A DNA stretch of 64,000 nucleotides from an uncultured Gemmatimonadales bacterium (GCA_963783305.1 CAWAMW010000002.1:512001-576000), one strand, 5' to 3'. Shown: positions 1-9,213, counted from the first letter of the stretch. Program-made: numbers and translations. Notes: generated by a model not told the origin, from the sequence alone.

Positions 1-138
1 CTGGCTCTCATGGGCACCATCGCGAAGCGGCTCACGGAGGAGGATTCCCGAGGGGTGGCGGTGTACCTGGCCAGTCTCGTCCCGGCGGGTGGGGGTGCCT
101 CGGACAACGGCGACGGCGCCACGGGAGGCCCGCGATGA
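1..138 (+). CDS. tsdB: C-terminal end of a c4-type cytochrome, probable TsdB (truncated by the window edge)
   Basis: Frame 1 reads LALMGTIAKRLTEEDSRGVAVYLASL...*, a typical cytochrome c4 C-terminal helix with an axial Met. Its stop overlaps the tsdA start (ATGA). Confidence 0.65.
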   Translation: MALMGTIAKRLTEEDSRGVAVYLASLVPAGGGASDNGDGATGGPR

Positions 139-1019
139 GGGCCGGCAGAGGGACGGCGGTCGCTCTGGGGCTCGGGTTGCTTCTCGCGCTCACGGGGTGC
201 GGCGATGCCGGAGACGAGGGGGCGGCGGCATCCGCAGAGGGCGTGGGCACCGGCGACGTCGCCTTCACCCCGCCCTCCGAGGACAGCATCCCGGACGGCC
301 CCTACGGCGACATGGTCCGCCAGGGCCGGGACCTGTTCGTGAACACCCAGCAGCTGAAGGGCACGTACGTGGCCAACGACCTGTCGTGCGGGAACTGTCA
401 CCTCGGCGGCGGCCGGCTGCGGAATTCGGCGCCCTTGTGGGCCGCGTTCCCCATGTACCCCGCCTACCGCGGCAAGAACGACAGGGTCAATACCATGACC
501 GACCGGATCCAGGGGTGCTTCCGCTACAGCATGGACGGGACCCCGCCACCGGCCGACAGCGACGTCATGACCGCTCTCCTCACGTACATGGGATGGATGT
601 CACGGGGTGCGCCCGTGGGCGAGGCGCTCCCGGGACGCGGCTACCCGGAGCTCGACGACCCGGCCCGCAGCCCCGACCCGACGCGGGGCGCCGAGGTCTA
701 CGCCGCGAAGTGCGCGCTGTGCCACGGAGAAGACGGGCTGGGCCGCAGCTCGGCCGACGGCACGGTGGTCTTCCCTCCACTCTGGGGGGACGCCTCGTTC
801 AACTGGGGCGCCGGCATGCACCGGATCAACACAGCCGCGGCGTTCATCATGGCCAATATGCCGTTCAGCCAGCCGGGCACACTGACCGAGGAGCAGGCGT
901 GGGACGTGGCCGCGTTCGTGAATGGCCACGACCGGCCCGAGGATCCGCGTTTCACCGGTAGTGTGGCGCGCACGGACAGCCTCTTCCACGACCACATGTG
1001 CCGGTACGGGGAGCGCTGA
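135..1019 (+). CDS. tsdA: Thiosulfate dehydrogenase TsdA (diheme cytochrome c, lipoprotein)
   Basis: Lipobox LTGC; two heme motifs CGNCH and CALCH; RIQGCFRYSMDG with the catalytic Cys; PPLWG and SFNWGAGM motifs. Confidence 0.88.
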   Translation: MRAGRGTAVALGLGLLLALTGCGDAGDEGAAASAEGVGTGDVAFTPPSEDSIPDGPYGDMVRQGRDLFVNTQQLKGTYVANDLSCGNCHLGGGRLRNSAPLWAAFPMYPAYRGKNDRVNTMTDRIQGCFRYSMDGTPPPADSDVMTALLTYMGWMSRGAPVGEALPGRGYPELDDPARSPDPTRGAEVYAAKCALCHGEDGLGRSSADGTVVFPPLWGDASFNWGAGMHRINTAAAFIMANMPFSQPGTLTEEQAWDVAAFVNGHDRPEDPRFTGSVARTDSLFHDHMCRYGER

Positions 1020-1087
1020 GTACCGGATAGAGGAAGCCAGACTCGGATAAGCAGGACCGATTCAGGACCTCCGCCCGTTGTCGTTGG

Positions 1088-1279
1088 TCAGGCCAGGGCC
1101 GCCTCGATGGCGGCGAGCTCGTCGGCGGCGAAGGCCGGGGCGTCGAGGGCGGCAATGTTGGACTCGACCTGGGCTACGCGGTCGAGGGCCCCGTGTTCGC
1201 GAGCGGCGCGGGAGTCGGAGGGGATGGCGTCGAGACAGCGGTCTGTAAGTAGGCCCTGGGCGCGGGGGGAGAAGACGAT
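1088..1279 (-). pseudogene. Aldo/keto reductase (YghZ-like) remnant
   Basis: The minus strand reads IVFSPRAQGLLTDRCLDAIP, then after a frameshift DSRAAREHGALDRVAQVESNIAALDAPAFAADELAAIEAALA*. This matches the AKR SPLAQGLLT motif and C-terminal helix. There is no N-terminus. Confidence 0.65.
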
Positions 1280-1358
1280 CCGACGAGCGCGACAGGTATT
1301 CTGGACCGGGGGAGCTCCGGCGACCCGCCGGGCCGGCAGGGCGGGGTTTGCCCCGGTC

Positions 1359-1616
1359 CTACGAAGCCGTGGCGGCCTCGGCAGCCAGCAGCTTCTTCAC
1401 CTGCTCGACGGACAGCAGGTGTCCCGATGACTTCACGTCACCGTCCACCGCCAGGGCCGGCGTCATGGCCACGCCCATCCGGGCGATGTCCTTGATCTTC
1501 TCCACCTTCTCGATCTCGGCGGCCAGGCCGAGCTCGGCGATGGCCTTTTCGGCGTTGGCCGTGAGGGCCTTGCACTTGGGACAGCCGGTTCCGAGGATCT
1601 GCACCTTCATGGTCAT
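1359..1616 (-). CDS. Small redox-active disulfide protein (thioredoxin family)
   Basis: MKVQILGTGCPKC...GVAMTPALAVDG, a family usually found with ArsP permeases. Confidence 0.88.
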   Translation of the reverse strand: MTMKVQILGTGCPKCKALTANAEKAIAELGLAAEIEKVEKIKDIARMGVAMTPALAVDGDVKSSGHLLSVEQVKKLLAAEAATAS

Positions 1617-1659
1617 TCTCCGTGCGTGGGTATCGTATGTGGGCTCAGCCACGACCGCC

Positions 1660-3072
1660 TCAGACGATCGCGCCGTAGATCATCCCGGCCGTCGTAGCCA
1701 TGACGATCGTGAGGGCCAGGAAGGCCAGCGTCTTCTTCGTGCCGATGAAGCTCCGGATCACCAGAATGCTCGGGAGCGAGAGCGCCGGGCCGGCGAGGAG
1801 CAGGGTCAGGGCGGGACCGTCACCCATCCCGGCGCCCATGAGACCCTGGAGGATCGGCACCTCCGTTAGGGTGGCGAAGTACATGAACGCGCCCGCCACG
1901 GAGGCGAACAGGTTCGCGCCCAGCGAGTTCCCGCCTACGGCCTCCGCCACCCACGCCGACGGGATCAGCCCTTCATGGCCGGGGCGCCCCAGGAGCATCC
2001 CGGCGATCAGGATCCCGATGAACAGGAGCGGGAAGATCTGCTTCGCGAACCCCCACGACGCGTCGAACCACTCCCCCGCCTCGCCCCCGCTGGTGCTGGC
2101 GGCGATGGACAGCCCCACGGTGGCCGCGCCAAACGCGATCAGCGGCTCGTGGGGGAAGAGGAGGGCGAGGGCGGCGGTCACCACCGTTGTCGCCCCGACC
2201 TCGAGGGCGCTCATGCGGATCCAGCGCACCAGCGCATACGCCAGGACGAGCCCGGAGGCGGCCGTGATCTTCCACTTGGCGCCGTAGAGCGCGAACCAGA
2301 AGCCTTCCGTGGTGTCGGGCGCGCCCCAGTTGGCGAATACGAGCACGGCCACCATGGCGCCGAAGAAGGTGGCGGTCTGCCAGAGGGGGCGAGCGTCACC
2401 GGCGTCGTCGTCCGGCCCCACCATCCACTGGCGCGACCGCTCCAGCTCCGAGCGCCGGAAGATCAGGTGCATGAGCAGGCCGATCATCAGCGCGAAGACC
2501 ACGGCGCCCACCGCGCGCGCGATTCCGATCTCCACGCCCAGCACGTTCGCCGTCAGAACAATGGCCAGCACGTTGATGGCCGGACCCGAGTAGAGGAACG
2601 CCGACGCGGGGCCCAGGCCGGCACCATTCGCGTAGATTCCGCCGAAGAGGGGCAGCACCGTGCACGAGCAGACCGCCAGCAGCGTCCCCGAGACCGAGGC
2701 CACACCATAGGCGACAGGCTTCGGCGCCGTCGGGCCCAGGTATTTCAGCACCGCCTGCTGACTCAGGAACACCGATATGGCGCCAGCGATGAAGAACGCC
2801 GGCACCAGGCACAGCAGCACGTGCTCCTGCGCGTACCACTTCGTCAGCGCCAGCGCCTCGGTCACCGCGCTATCGAAGCGGGCGTTCCCCACCGGGAGGA
2901 AGTAGAAGACGAGGAAGACGCCGGCGATCCACGCCAGCGGCTTCCATTCCGAGCCCCAGTCCGTGGCGCCCGGCTCCGCTCGCCGCCGCGCCCACCACTG
3001 CGCCAGAGGGCGGCTCAGCGACGCACCAGCCCCCACCGCAGCCCGCTCCTCAACCCGCCCCCGCACGCTCAT
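1660..3072 (-). CDS. arsP: ArsP/DUF318-family permease
   Basis: Many TM segments; motifs LAVCSCTVLPLF, FLYSGPAIN, YFATLTEVP and LLAGPALSLP. A GAGGAGG RBS precedes the ATG at 3072. Confidence 0.85.
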   Translation of the reverse strand: MSVRGRVEERAAVGAGASLSRPLAQWWARRRAEPGATDWGSEWKPLAWIAGVFLVFYFLPVGNARFDSAVTEALALTKWYAQEHVLLCLVPAFFIAGAISVFLSQQAVLKYLGPTAPKPVAYGVASVSGTLLAVCSCTVLPLFGGIYANGAGLGPASAFLYSGPAINVLAIVLTANVLGVEIGIARAVGAVVFALMIGLLMHLIFRRSELERSRQWMVGPDDDAGDARPLWQTATFFGAMVAVLVFANWGAPDTTEGFWFALYGAKWKITAASGLVLAYALVRWIRMSALEVGATTVVTAALALLFPHEPLIAFGAATVGLSIAASTSGGEAGEWFDASWGFAKQIFPLLFIGILIAGMLLGRPGHEGLIPSAWVAEAVGGNSLGANLFASVAGAFMYFATLTEVPILQGLMGAGMGDGPALTLLLAGPALSLPSILVIRSFIGTKKTLAFLALTIVMATTAGMIYGAIV

Positions 3073-3085
3073 CGCTGACCCCTCC

Positions 3086-3487
3086 TCACCGGACCGCTGA
3101 CGCCATATCGCCCGACCGATCGCTGCGCCGGGCCGCGTCCTCCGCCGACCGCCCTTCGGCTCTCGCGGACCGGATCCTGACCAGCAGCGGCGCTGAATCC
3201 GGCAGAGGACGATTCGCCAGCAGCCCCCGGAGCAGGACCAGGATCGCCGACAGGTCCCCATCCGGAACCCGCGGCAACCGGTAGTTCACGATCAGCCCGT
3301 CCCGCTCGTCCTCCAGCACCCCGGCGTCCCGCAGGTACCGCAGGTGCCGCGAGGCCTTCGGCTGTGTGATCCCCAGGATCTGCTCCACCTCGCAGACGCA
3401 CAGGGATTCGTGCCGGAAGATGAGCCCCATGATCCGGAGCCGGGTCTCGTTCGACAGCGCCTTGAAGATCTGGTCCAGACGTCGCAT
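3086..3487 (-). CDS. arsR: ArsR/SmtB metalloregulator
   Basis: FKALSNETRLRI...LCVCEV...QPKASRHLRYLR winged HTH with a CVC box. Confidence 0.9.
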   Translation of the reverse strand: MRRLDQIFKALSNETRLRIMGLIFRHESLCVCEVEQILGITQPKASRHLRYLRDAGVLEDERDGLIVNYRLPRVPDGDLSAILVLLRGLLANRPLPDSAPLLVRIRSARAEGRSAEDAARRSDRSGDMASAVR

Positions 3488-3495
3488 GGCCCCTC

Positions 3496-3513
3496 TAATC
3501 GAATAGTCGATTA
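3496..3513. promoter_or_regulatory. Probable ArsR operator
   Basis: AT-rich inverted repeat TAATCGA-N4-TCGATTA immediately upstream of the arsR start. Confidence 0.65.
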
Positions 3514-3587
3514 AAGGATGGGACGACTCCGGCCTCGGGGAAGTAGGGTAATCCCTGATTTTCGGCCTGAGGGTTTCCCCACACCCT

Positions 3588-4106
3588 CTACCAGCCTGAT
3601 GTTCCCGGCGCCCCCTTGATCGGGCCGGTGAGGTTCGGGGTCACCCAGCCGCCATAGAAGCCACCGGGCTGCGGCTCCGCGCGCATCGCCCCTACCCACG
3701 CCTCATCGACCCTGCCGGCATAGAACGCGACCCACCCGGCGATCGGGCGAAAGGAAGGCGTCGGGTCGGGGTAGCTCCACGCGATCTGCCGGACCGGGTC
3801 GGCCCCCTGTTCCAGTGTCCAGTATCGTGCGCGCCCCTTCCACTCGCAGACGGAGCCGTGCTCCCCCGGCGTCAGCAGGTCCATCCGCACGTCCTCCGGC
3901 GGGAAGTAGTACACCGGTGCTCCTGCTGTCTCCACCACGCGTCGCCCCCGTGAAGTGCGGGCCAGTTCTTCGCCGCGCCGAATCACCAGCAGATCGGCCT
4001 CCACCGTCTCGATGCGCGGCGGTCGAGGATAGTCCCAAACGGACTCCTGGCCCGGCCCCGGCTCCTCCGCCCACGCCGGACGCTCGATCCCGATCCAGCG
4101 CCACAT
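3588..4106 (-). CDS. DUF427 domain protein
   Basis: ESVWDYPRPP, YYFPPEDV, SVCEWKGRA, AWSYPDP and GFYGGW motifs. Confidence 0.85.
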   Translation of the reverse strand: MWRWIGIERPAWAEEPGPGQESVWDYPRPPRIETVEADLLVIRRGEELARTSRGRRVVETAGAPVYYFPPEDVRMDLLTPGEHGSVCEWKGRARYWTLEQGADPVRQIAWSYPDPTPSFRPIAGWVAFYAGRVDEAWVGAMRAEPQPGGFYGGWVTPNLTGPIKGAPGTSGW

Positions 4107-4112
4107 TCGGCT

Positions 4113-4877
4113 CTACTCCCCCGTGGCCCGGAGCGTGAGGAGCCAGCGGCACTCGCGATCGAGATCGTCCAGGGAGCGGTAGCCCATGGTGCGGATGGGG
4201 CCGCCATCCAGGAGGATGCGGGCGCCGCGGTTGAGCCATGCGCCGGGAGCATCGCGGGCGACGTCGTCCAGGAGGAGTCTGAGGTTGGCCTGGCCCTGGT
4301 AAAGCATGCGGTCGCCCAGGCAGGAGAAGTCGAAGTGGCCAGGGTCGATGCGGAGGCGCCGGGCGGGGTCCTCGTAGTAGAGGTCCGCGTGGAACGACAG
4401 CTTCTGCTCGTCCCGGGTCCCCTCCACCGGCCGCTTCCTGCCGCCGATCTTGATGGGCAGCCCGGTGGTCATCATGATGGCCGCGCTGGCGGCGCGCTGG
4501 CTCCCGGTCGGGCCGGCCCCTTCCCTGGGCGCGGTCGTGGTAGTGACCGTGACCGCCGCCACGGCGACGAGGACCGGGGCGTCGGCCGGGAGCGCGCCGG
4601 CTGTCCGGACGGGCTCGGGCTCCGGCAGTCGCGGCAGGCTTCCCATCCGCGCCAGGCCGACGCGAACCCCCGCCGACGTGAGCGCATGCCCGAGCGAACG
4701 GGCGGCCGCTTCCGGGAGCCCCTCCGCCACGATCCCCCACGCGGACCGGGCTTCCAGCACCTGGTCCTGGACGGGCGTGCTCCGAGCCTCCGCCAGCGCC
4801 CGGGCGAGGTCCATGGGGTCGGCGTCGCGGTCGAGTTGGAGGAGCGCGAAGCGGTGGGCAGAATCTTCGTGGGTCAT
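4113..4877 (-). CDS. Hypothetical protein
   Basis: Protein-like ORF with a GGAGG RBS, co-oriented with its neighbours. Confidence 0.6.
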   Translation of the reverse strand: MTHEDSAHRFALLQLDRDADPMDLARALAEARSTPVQDQVLEARSAWGIVAEGLPEAAARSLGHALTSAGVRVGLARMGSLPRLPEPEPVRTAGALPADAPVLVAVAAVTVTTTTAPREGAGPTGSQRAASAAIMMTTGLPIKIGGRKRPVEGTRDEQKLSFHADLYYEDPARRLRIDPGHFDFSCLGDRMLYQGQANLRLLLDDVARDAPGAWLNRGARILLDGGPIRTMGYRSLDDLDRECRWLLTLRATGE

Positions 4878-4944
4878 CACGCCTCCTGGCATGTCACTGA
4901 AAAGGGGCATGGAGCGCGCACAGCGCGGGGGGCCCGTGGGGGGA

Positions 4945-5337
4945 TCACCCTGCGCCAATCTGCTCCTCGAACAGCTCCCTGAGCGTGCGGGCGGGGTCGA
5001 GGGTGAGGCCGCTGTGGACGGGCGACGCCTGGATCACATCGGAGCGGGGGGCCGTGAGCCAGTAGAACCGTTCGGGTGGGCTCAACAGTGCGATCTCACC
5101 GGCCGATGCGTCTCCGTCGGCGATGGCCACGCACGACCGGAGGTAGCGGGCCAGAAGCTCGATGTCCGCGTCGGGCGCCAGCGCCCGCAGCCGGTCCTCG
5201 TCGGTGAGGGCGCGGAGGCCCACGAACTCCGCCGGCCGAGAGTGGAGTACCACGCCGACGTTCGCGAACGCCCCGGTATACGGATGCGGCACCACGCGCA
5301 GGAGCGCGAAGCTGTACGGCAGCCGTGGCGCACTCAT
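4945..5337 (-). CDS. DUF3037 domain protein
   Basis: YSFALLRVVP...FANVGVVL...ERFYWLTAPRSDVIQASPVHSG. Its start overlaps the kinase stop. Confidence 0.85.
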   Translation of the reverse strand: MSAPRLPYSFALLRVVPHPYTGAFANVGVVLHSRPAEFVGLRALTDEDRLRALAPDADIELLARYLRSCVAIADGDASAGEIALLSPPERFYWLTAPRSDVIQASPVHSGLTLDPARTLRELFEEQIGAG

Positions 5338-6161
5338 CGCCGGATCTCCAGGCGACGGGGTGGAGCCGCCAGCTTCTCGAGCCGAGCCACCTCCGCGGTC
5401 TCCACGAACGTCCGGGGTCCATCGAGCCGCTCCTCCAGGTAGCGGACGTAGCGGGCGCGGGCAGCGTCGGCGTCGGTGAAGTCGCCCCGGGCCAGCGGGT
5501 CCATGAGGAGAGAATCGGGAACGGCGGCCACGACCTCGCGCAGCACCTCGGCCGTGAGGCGCGGGGCCAGGCGAGCGTCCGCTTCCGGCAGCTTCTCCGC
5601 CAGCAGCAGGAGCACGTGGTCCTTGATCAGCGGGAACGGTGTGCGTGTCCGGTCGGTGTCCACGCTTCCCCACGCATGTTGGGCATACAGCGCCGAGCCG
5701 TGATCGATGAGCCACGGCCGCCGCTCCCAGACCAGCAGGTTCGGGTTCCGGGGGGTCCGGTCCGGGTTCGTCAGGTACGCGTCGAGCCAGACCACAGACG
5801 CGGCGAGATCAGCCTCTATCAGGTCGCCCGCCGCCCGGCCGTCGTAGTTGAATGCACCATCCAGGTAGCGGAGCCCCACGTTCGGTCCGCGGCTCGCCGC
5901 AAGCAGGTCACGGATTTCCGGGTCCGGCTCATCGGCGCCAAAAGGCGGCGGGACGTCCACCAGAGCCAGCGCCGGGAGGGGCAGCCCCAGCGCTTCCGCC
6001 ACGCCCCCCACAATGAGCTCGGCGATGAGGGCCCGCGGCCCCTGCCCCGCGCCGCGAAACTTTACCACGTACAGGCCGGCCTCCGTCTCTACCACGGCCG
6101 GCAGGGAGCCGCCCTCGCGGAGAGGCTGAAGGTAGCGGAGCGCTGTGAGCGTCGGGAGCAT
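5334..6161 (-). CDS. HipA-like kinase (HipA_2 type)
   Basis: PLREGGSLP Gly loop, VVKFRGAGQG, NPDRTPRNPN catalytic loop and LIDHG. Confidence 0.85.
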   Translation of the reverse strand: MLPTLTALRYLQPLREGGSLPAVVETEAGLYVVKFRGAGQGPRALIAELIVGGVAEALGLPLPALALVDVPPPFGADEPDPEIRDLLAASRGPNVGLRYLDGAFNYDGRAAGDLIEADLAASVVWLDAYLTNPDRTPRNPNLLVWERRPWLIDHGSALYAQHAWGSVDTDRTRTPFPLIKDHVLLLLAEKLPEADARLAPRLTAEVLREVVAAVPDSLLMDPLARGDFTDADAARARYVRYLEERLDGPRTFVETAEVARLEKLAAPPRRLEIRR

Positions 6162-6377
6162 GGTCGTTCGAGTGCGAGCCGGAGTTCGAGCTGGACGGGC
6201 AAGATCGGGAGGAAGGCGGCGCGGGGAAAGGTGCGCGGCGCGCACGGAGAGGCCCGCAGCAGGGCACACCCGGGATGAAGTCAGCCCCGCCGTCCGGGAC
6301 CGATTCGGTCGTCGGTTCCTTACGGGGGGCTGAACCCTTCGGTCCTTCGCTCACGCTGTTCGAGCGCGCGTCCGGCC

Positions 6378-6920
6378 CTACTGCGCCTTCGCTTTCATCG
6401 ACTCCGGCAGCACCACCGTGTCGATCACGTGGATCACCCCGTTCGACGCCTCCACGTTCGCCTGCACCACCGTGGCGTCATCCACCTTCACCTGGCCGTC
6501 GATAAACCGCACATTCAGCGACTCGCCCTGCACCGTCACCGGACGCACCTCCCCCGCGTCCACCACGTCCTTGGCCATCACCCTGCCCGACAGCACGTGG
6601 TACGTCAGCACCGCCGTCAGCGCCTCTTTGTCCTGCAGCAGCGCGGCCAGCGTCCCCTCCGGCAGCTTCGCGAAGGCGGCATCCGTCGGCGCAAACACCG
6701 TGAACGGGCCCTCCGAGCTCAACGTCTCCACCAGACCCGCCGCCGTCACCGCCTTCAGCAGCGTCTCGAAGCTACCCGCCTCCACCGCCACGTCCACGAT
6801 CGTCTTCTTCGCCATCGCCTCATCTCCCTTGTTGTGATACTGCGCCGCCGCCTCGGTCGGCGCGCCCAGGGCGGCCACCACGGCCACCGCCACTGCCATT
6901 GCCTTCAGCTCGTCGCGCAT
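6378..6920 (-). CDS. Secreted fasciclin (FAS1) domain protein
   Basis: Signal peptide; GPFTVFAPTDAAF, LTYHV and NGVIHVIDTV motifs. A GGAGGA RBS precedes the ATG at 6920. Confidence 0.92.
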   Translation of the reverse strand: MRDELKAMAVAVAVVAALGAPTEAAAQYHNKGDEAMAKKTIVDVAVEAGSFETLLKAVTAAGLVETLSSEGPFTVFAPTDAAFAKLPEGTLAALLQDKEALTAVLTYHVLSGRVMAKDVVDAGEVRPVTVQGESLNVRFIDGQVKVDDATVVQANVEASNGVIHVIDTVVLPESMKAKAQ

Positions 6921-6955
6921 CTCGTCCTCCTGTTGCTCGAGTTCCATTCCGCCCG

Positions 6956-7043
6956 TTTGTATAGCCTTTGTACATGGACAGTACCCTGCGATGGCCCCTT
7001 TGTCAAGTGTTTGTACAGGCATGGTATTGACAATAGCTGTACA
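6956..7043. promoter_or_regulatory. Divergent promoters with CarH-type 11-bp-periodic TnnACA operator repeats
   Basis: TTTGT pairs at 6956/6967 and 6999/7010 (TnnACA on the minus strand); TTGACA at 7027 and TGTACA at 7038 on plus. The minus-strand TTGACA (7001-7006) is followed after 17 bp by TACTGT. Confidence 0.7.
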
Positions 7044-7061
7044 GGCTGCCACCGTTACTCC

Positions 7062-8015
7062 ATGAACGGAACAGACGACACACCACGGCACCCCATCGGC
7101 GTGGCCAGCACGCGCTCGGGCGTGAGCCCGGATTTGATTCGGGCGTGGGAGCGACGCTACGGTGCGACGGAGCCGGCGCGGGACGCGGCGGGACAGCGCC
7201 TGTACAGCGATGCGGACCTGGAGCGGCTGCGCCTGCTGCGTCTGGCGACGGAGGGGGGTCGAACCATCAGCCAGGTGGCGGGGCTCGATCAGGAGTCGCT
7301 GTCGGAGCTGGTGCGTGGGGACGAGGCGGCGCGGGCGGAACGAATCGCGGGCGGTACGGGCGCGGGCGGGGCGGGTGTCGGGGCGTCGCGGGAGGGGGAG
7401 GAGGTGGTGGCGGCGCTGGAGGCGCGAGCCCGGAGCCTGGACGGTGAGGGTCTGGAGGCGGCGTTGCGGGGGCGGCTGGTGGAGCTGGGCTTTGTGCGGT
7501 TCGTCGAAGAGGTGGCGGCGCCGCTGCTGCGGCGGTTGGGGGACGGGTGGCACGCGGGGGTGGTGACGCCGGCGCAGGAGCACCTTGCGACGGTGGCGGT
7601 GCGTCGGAGCCTGGAGGGGGCGCGGGAGGCGGCGCCGGCGGGGGGCGAGGAGCAGAGGGTGGTGGTGGTGGGGACGGTGGCCGGCGAGCGTCACGAGGCG
7701 GGAGCGTTGGCCGTGGCGGCGGCGGCCCGGCTGGCGGGGTGCCGGGTGGTCTACCTGGGAGTGGACCTGCCGGTGTCGGATCTGGCGGACGCGGCGCGGG
7801 CATCCGGAGCGGACGCGGTCTGCGTGAGCGGGACATACCGGTCATCGGGGGCGGGACCGGTGGAGCGGCTGCGGGCGCTGCGTGTGGCGCTCCCGGCGGC
7901 GGTAGAACTGTTCGCTGGGGGTGCGGCCGTGGCGGAGGCGCGGGAAGAGCTGGAGGGGCTGGGGATCCGGTGCCCGGCAGGGCTGGCGGCGTTGACCGCT
8001 GCGCTGCGGGAGTAG
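7062..8015 (+). CDS. carH: CarH/LitR-type B12-binding MerR photoreceptor repressor
   Basis: MerR HTH (IRAWERRYG); W-x9-EH motif (WHAGVVTPAQEH); ExH B12 motif (GERHEAG) and YLGVDLP. Confidence 0.85.
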   Translation: MNGTDDTPRHPIGVASTRSGVSPDLIRAWERRYGATEPARDAAGQRLYSDADLERLRLLRLATEGGRTISQVAGLDQESLSELVRGDEAARAERIAGGTGAGGAGVGASREGEEVVAALEARARSLDGEGLEAALRGRLVELGFVRFVEEVAAPLLRRLGDGWHAGVVTPAQEHLATVAVRRSLEGAREAAPAGGEEQRVVVVGTVAGERHEAGALAVAAAARLAGCRVVYLGVDLPVSDLADAARASGADAVCVSGTYRSSGAGPVERLRALRVALPAAVELFAGGAAVAEAREELEGLGIRCPAGLAALTAALRE

Positions 8016-8118
8016 ACGGCGGGGCCGCCGGAATCCGGGCGTCAGCCGGCCGCTATCCTTCTATCGGGCGCTGCGCCTGACGGGGCGACTATTCAAGGGG
8101 CGACGGAGGTCGATCGAC

Positions 8119-8649
8119 ATGCAGCTCAGCGAGGCGCAGGCGGATCTGCGGCGGGCATACGTGGACGGCGGTCCCGGCACCGTGATCTCCGGGCTGATCT
8201 GGATCGCTGCCGCCATGGCGCAGGCCCGGGAGGGTGTCGGGACCGGTTTCGCGGTCCTGTTCTTCGGGGGAATGCTGATCTTCCCGCTCAGCCTGCTGGT
8301 GAACCGCGCCCTGATCCGACGGGCCAGCGAAGCGACGGAGAACCCGTTCGGTCGGCTCGTGCTGGAGAGCACCGTCGCGATGATCGGGGGGCTATTCGCA
8401 GCGTGGCTCTTCCTGGGTCACGCCCCCCACCTCGTCATGCCGCTCGCGGCCCTCGCCGTCGGTGCGCACTACTTCGCGTTCAGGACCGCGTACGGCCTCC
8501 TGGTCTTCTGGGGCCTTGGCGGGGTGATCATGGCCATGAGCGTGGGGGCCATCTACGGGGTCCTTCCGATGGCCGGGTTTCTCGCGCTTGCTGTCGGCGT
8601 GGTGGAGATCGCCTTCGGGCTGGTCCTCACGGTCCGCGCGCTGATGTGA
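8119..8649 (+). CDS. Hypothetical multi-TM membrane protein
   Basis: About six hydrophobic helices, a GAHYF motif and a GGAGG RBS. Confidence 0.7.
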   Translation: MQLSEAQADLRRAYVDGGPGTVISGLIWIAAAMAQAREGVGTGFAVLFFGGMLIFPLSLLVNRALIRRASEATENPFGRLVLESTVAMIGGLFAAWLFLGHAPHLVMPLAALAVGAHYFAFRTAYGLLVFWGLGGVIMAMSVGAIYGVLPMAGFLALAVGVVEIAFGLVLTVRALM

Positions 8650-8748
8650 CGGGATGCAGTACCTGATCACCAACGTGGCCGGCGGATCCGCTGAAGGTGC
8701 GGTGCGTGGCTCCCTCGTAGGACCCGGCAGCGCGGCGGGCGGGCCCGA

Positions 8749-9213
8749 GTGACTTCCGGAGTCCCGGGTCGAGCGTCGGACACGCTGGGCCTCCGTCGCT
8801 ACGTGCTGGCTCGAACCGGCGTGCCGATCGGCGCCTCGGGCTCGCTCCGGAACATGCTCAGGCGTTCGCTGGGCGCCTCCAGCTTCGCCGGGTTCTGGCG
8901 GTACTGGAATCCGATCTGGGGCTACTATCTCGGCAGGTACGTCTTTCGACCGTCGAAGCGGCTGCTGCCGCGGGCACTTGCGGTGGTCGTGACGTTCACG
9001 GTGAGCGGCGCACTTCACGATCTTGCGACGTCGGCCGCGCGGGGGTCGGCTGCGTTCCTGTTCACCCCGTGGTTCTTCCTCATGAGTCTCGGACTGCTCC
9101 TGGGCGAGGCCCTGCACATGGACCTTTCCCACCAGCCGTGGATCTTCCGCGCGGCCACGAACCTCACGTACGCCGGCGTCTGCCTCTGGATCGCGCTGAT
9201 GCTGAAAATCTGA
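8749..9213 (+). CDS. Small MBOAT-like membrane protein
   Basis: SFAGFWRYWNP and TFTVSGALHD resemble the MBOAT FWxxW and SGxxH motifs. Start uncertain. Confidence 0.6.
   Translation: MTSGVPGRASDTLGLRRYVLARTGVPIGASGSLRNMLRRSLGASSFAGFWRYWNPIWGYYLGRYVFRPSKRLLPRALAVVVTFTVSGALHDLATSAARGSAAFLFTPWFFLMSLGLLLGEALHMDLSHQPWIFRAATNLTYAGVCLWIALMLKI

Noticed and set aside
3568..3591. Fourth copy of the ECF promoter motif (TGAGGG...CCCTCTAC)
   Set aside because: The spacer is 10 bp rather than 17, and it points into the 3' end of an opposite-strand gene.
6921..7694. Long N-terminal extension of the fasciclin ORF, and the 6429 start for carH
   Set aside because: The extensions overlap the opposite gene and the operator region. 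RBS, signal peptide and domain boundaries support starts at 6920 and 7062.
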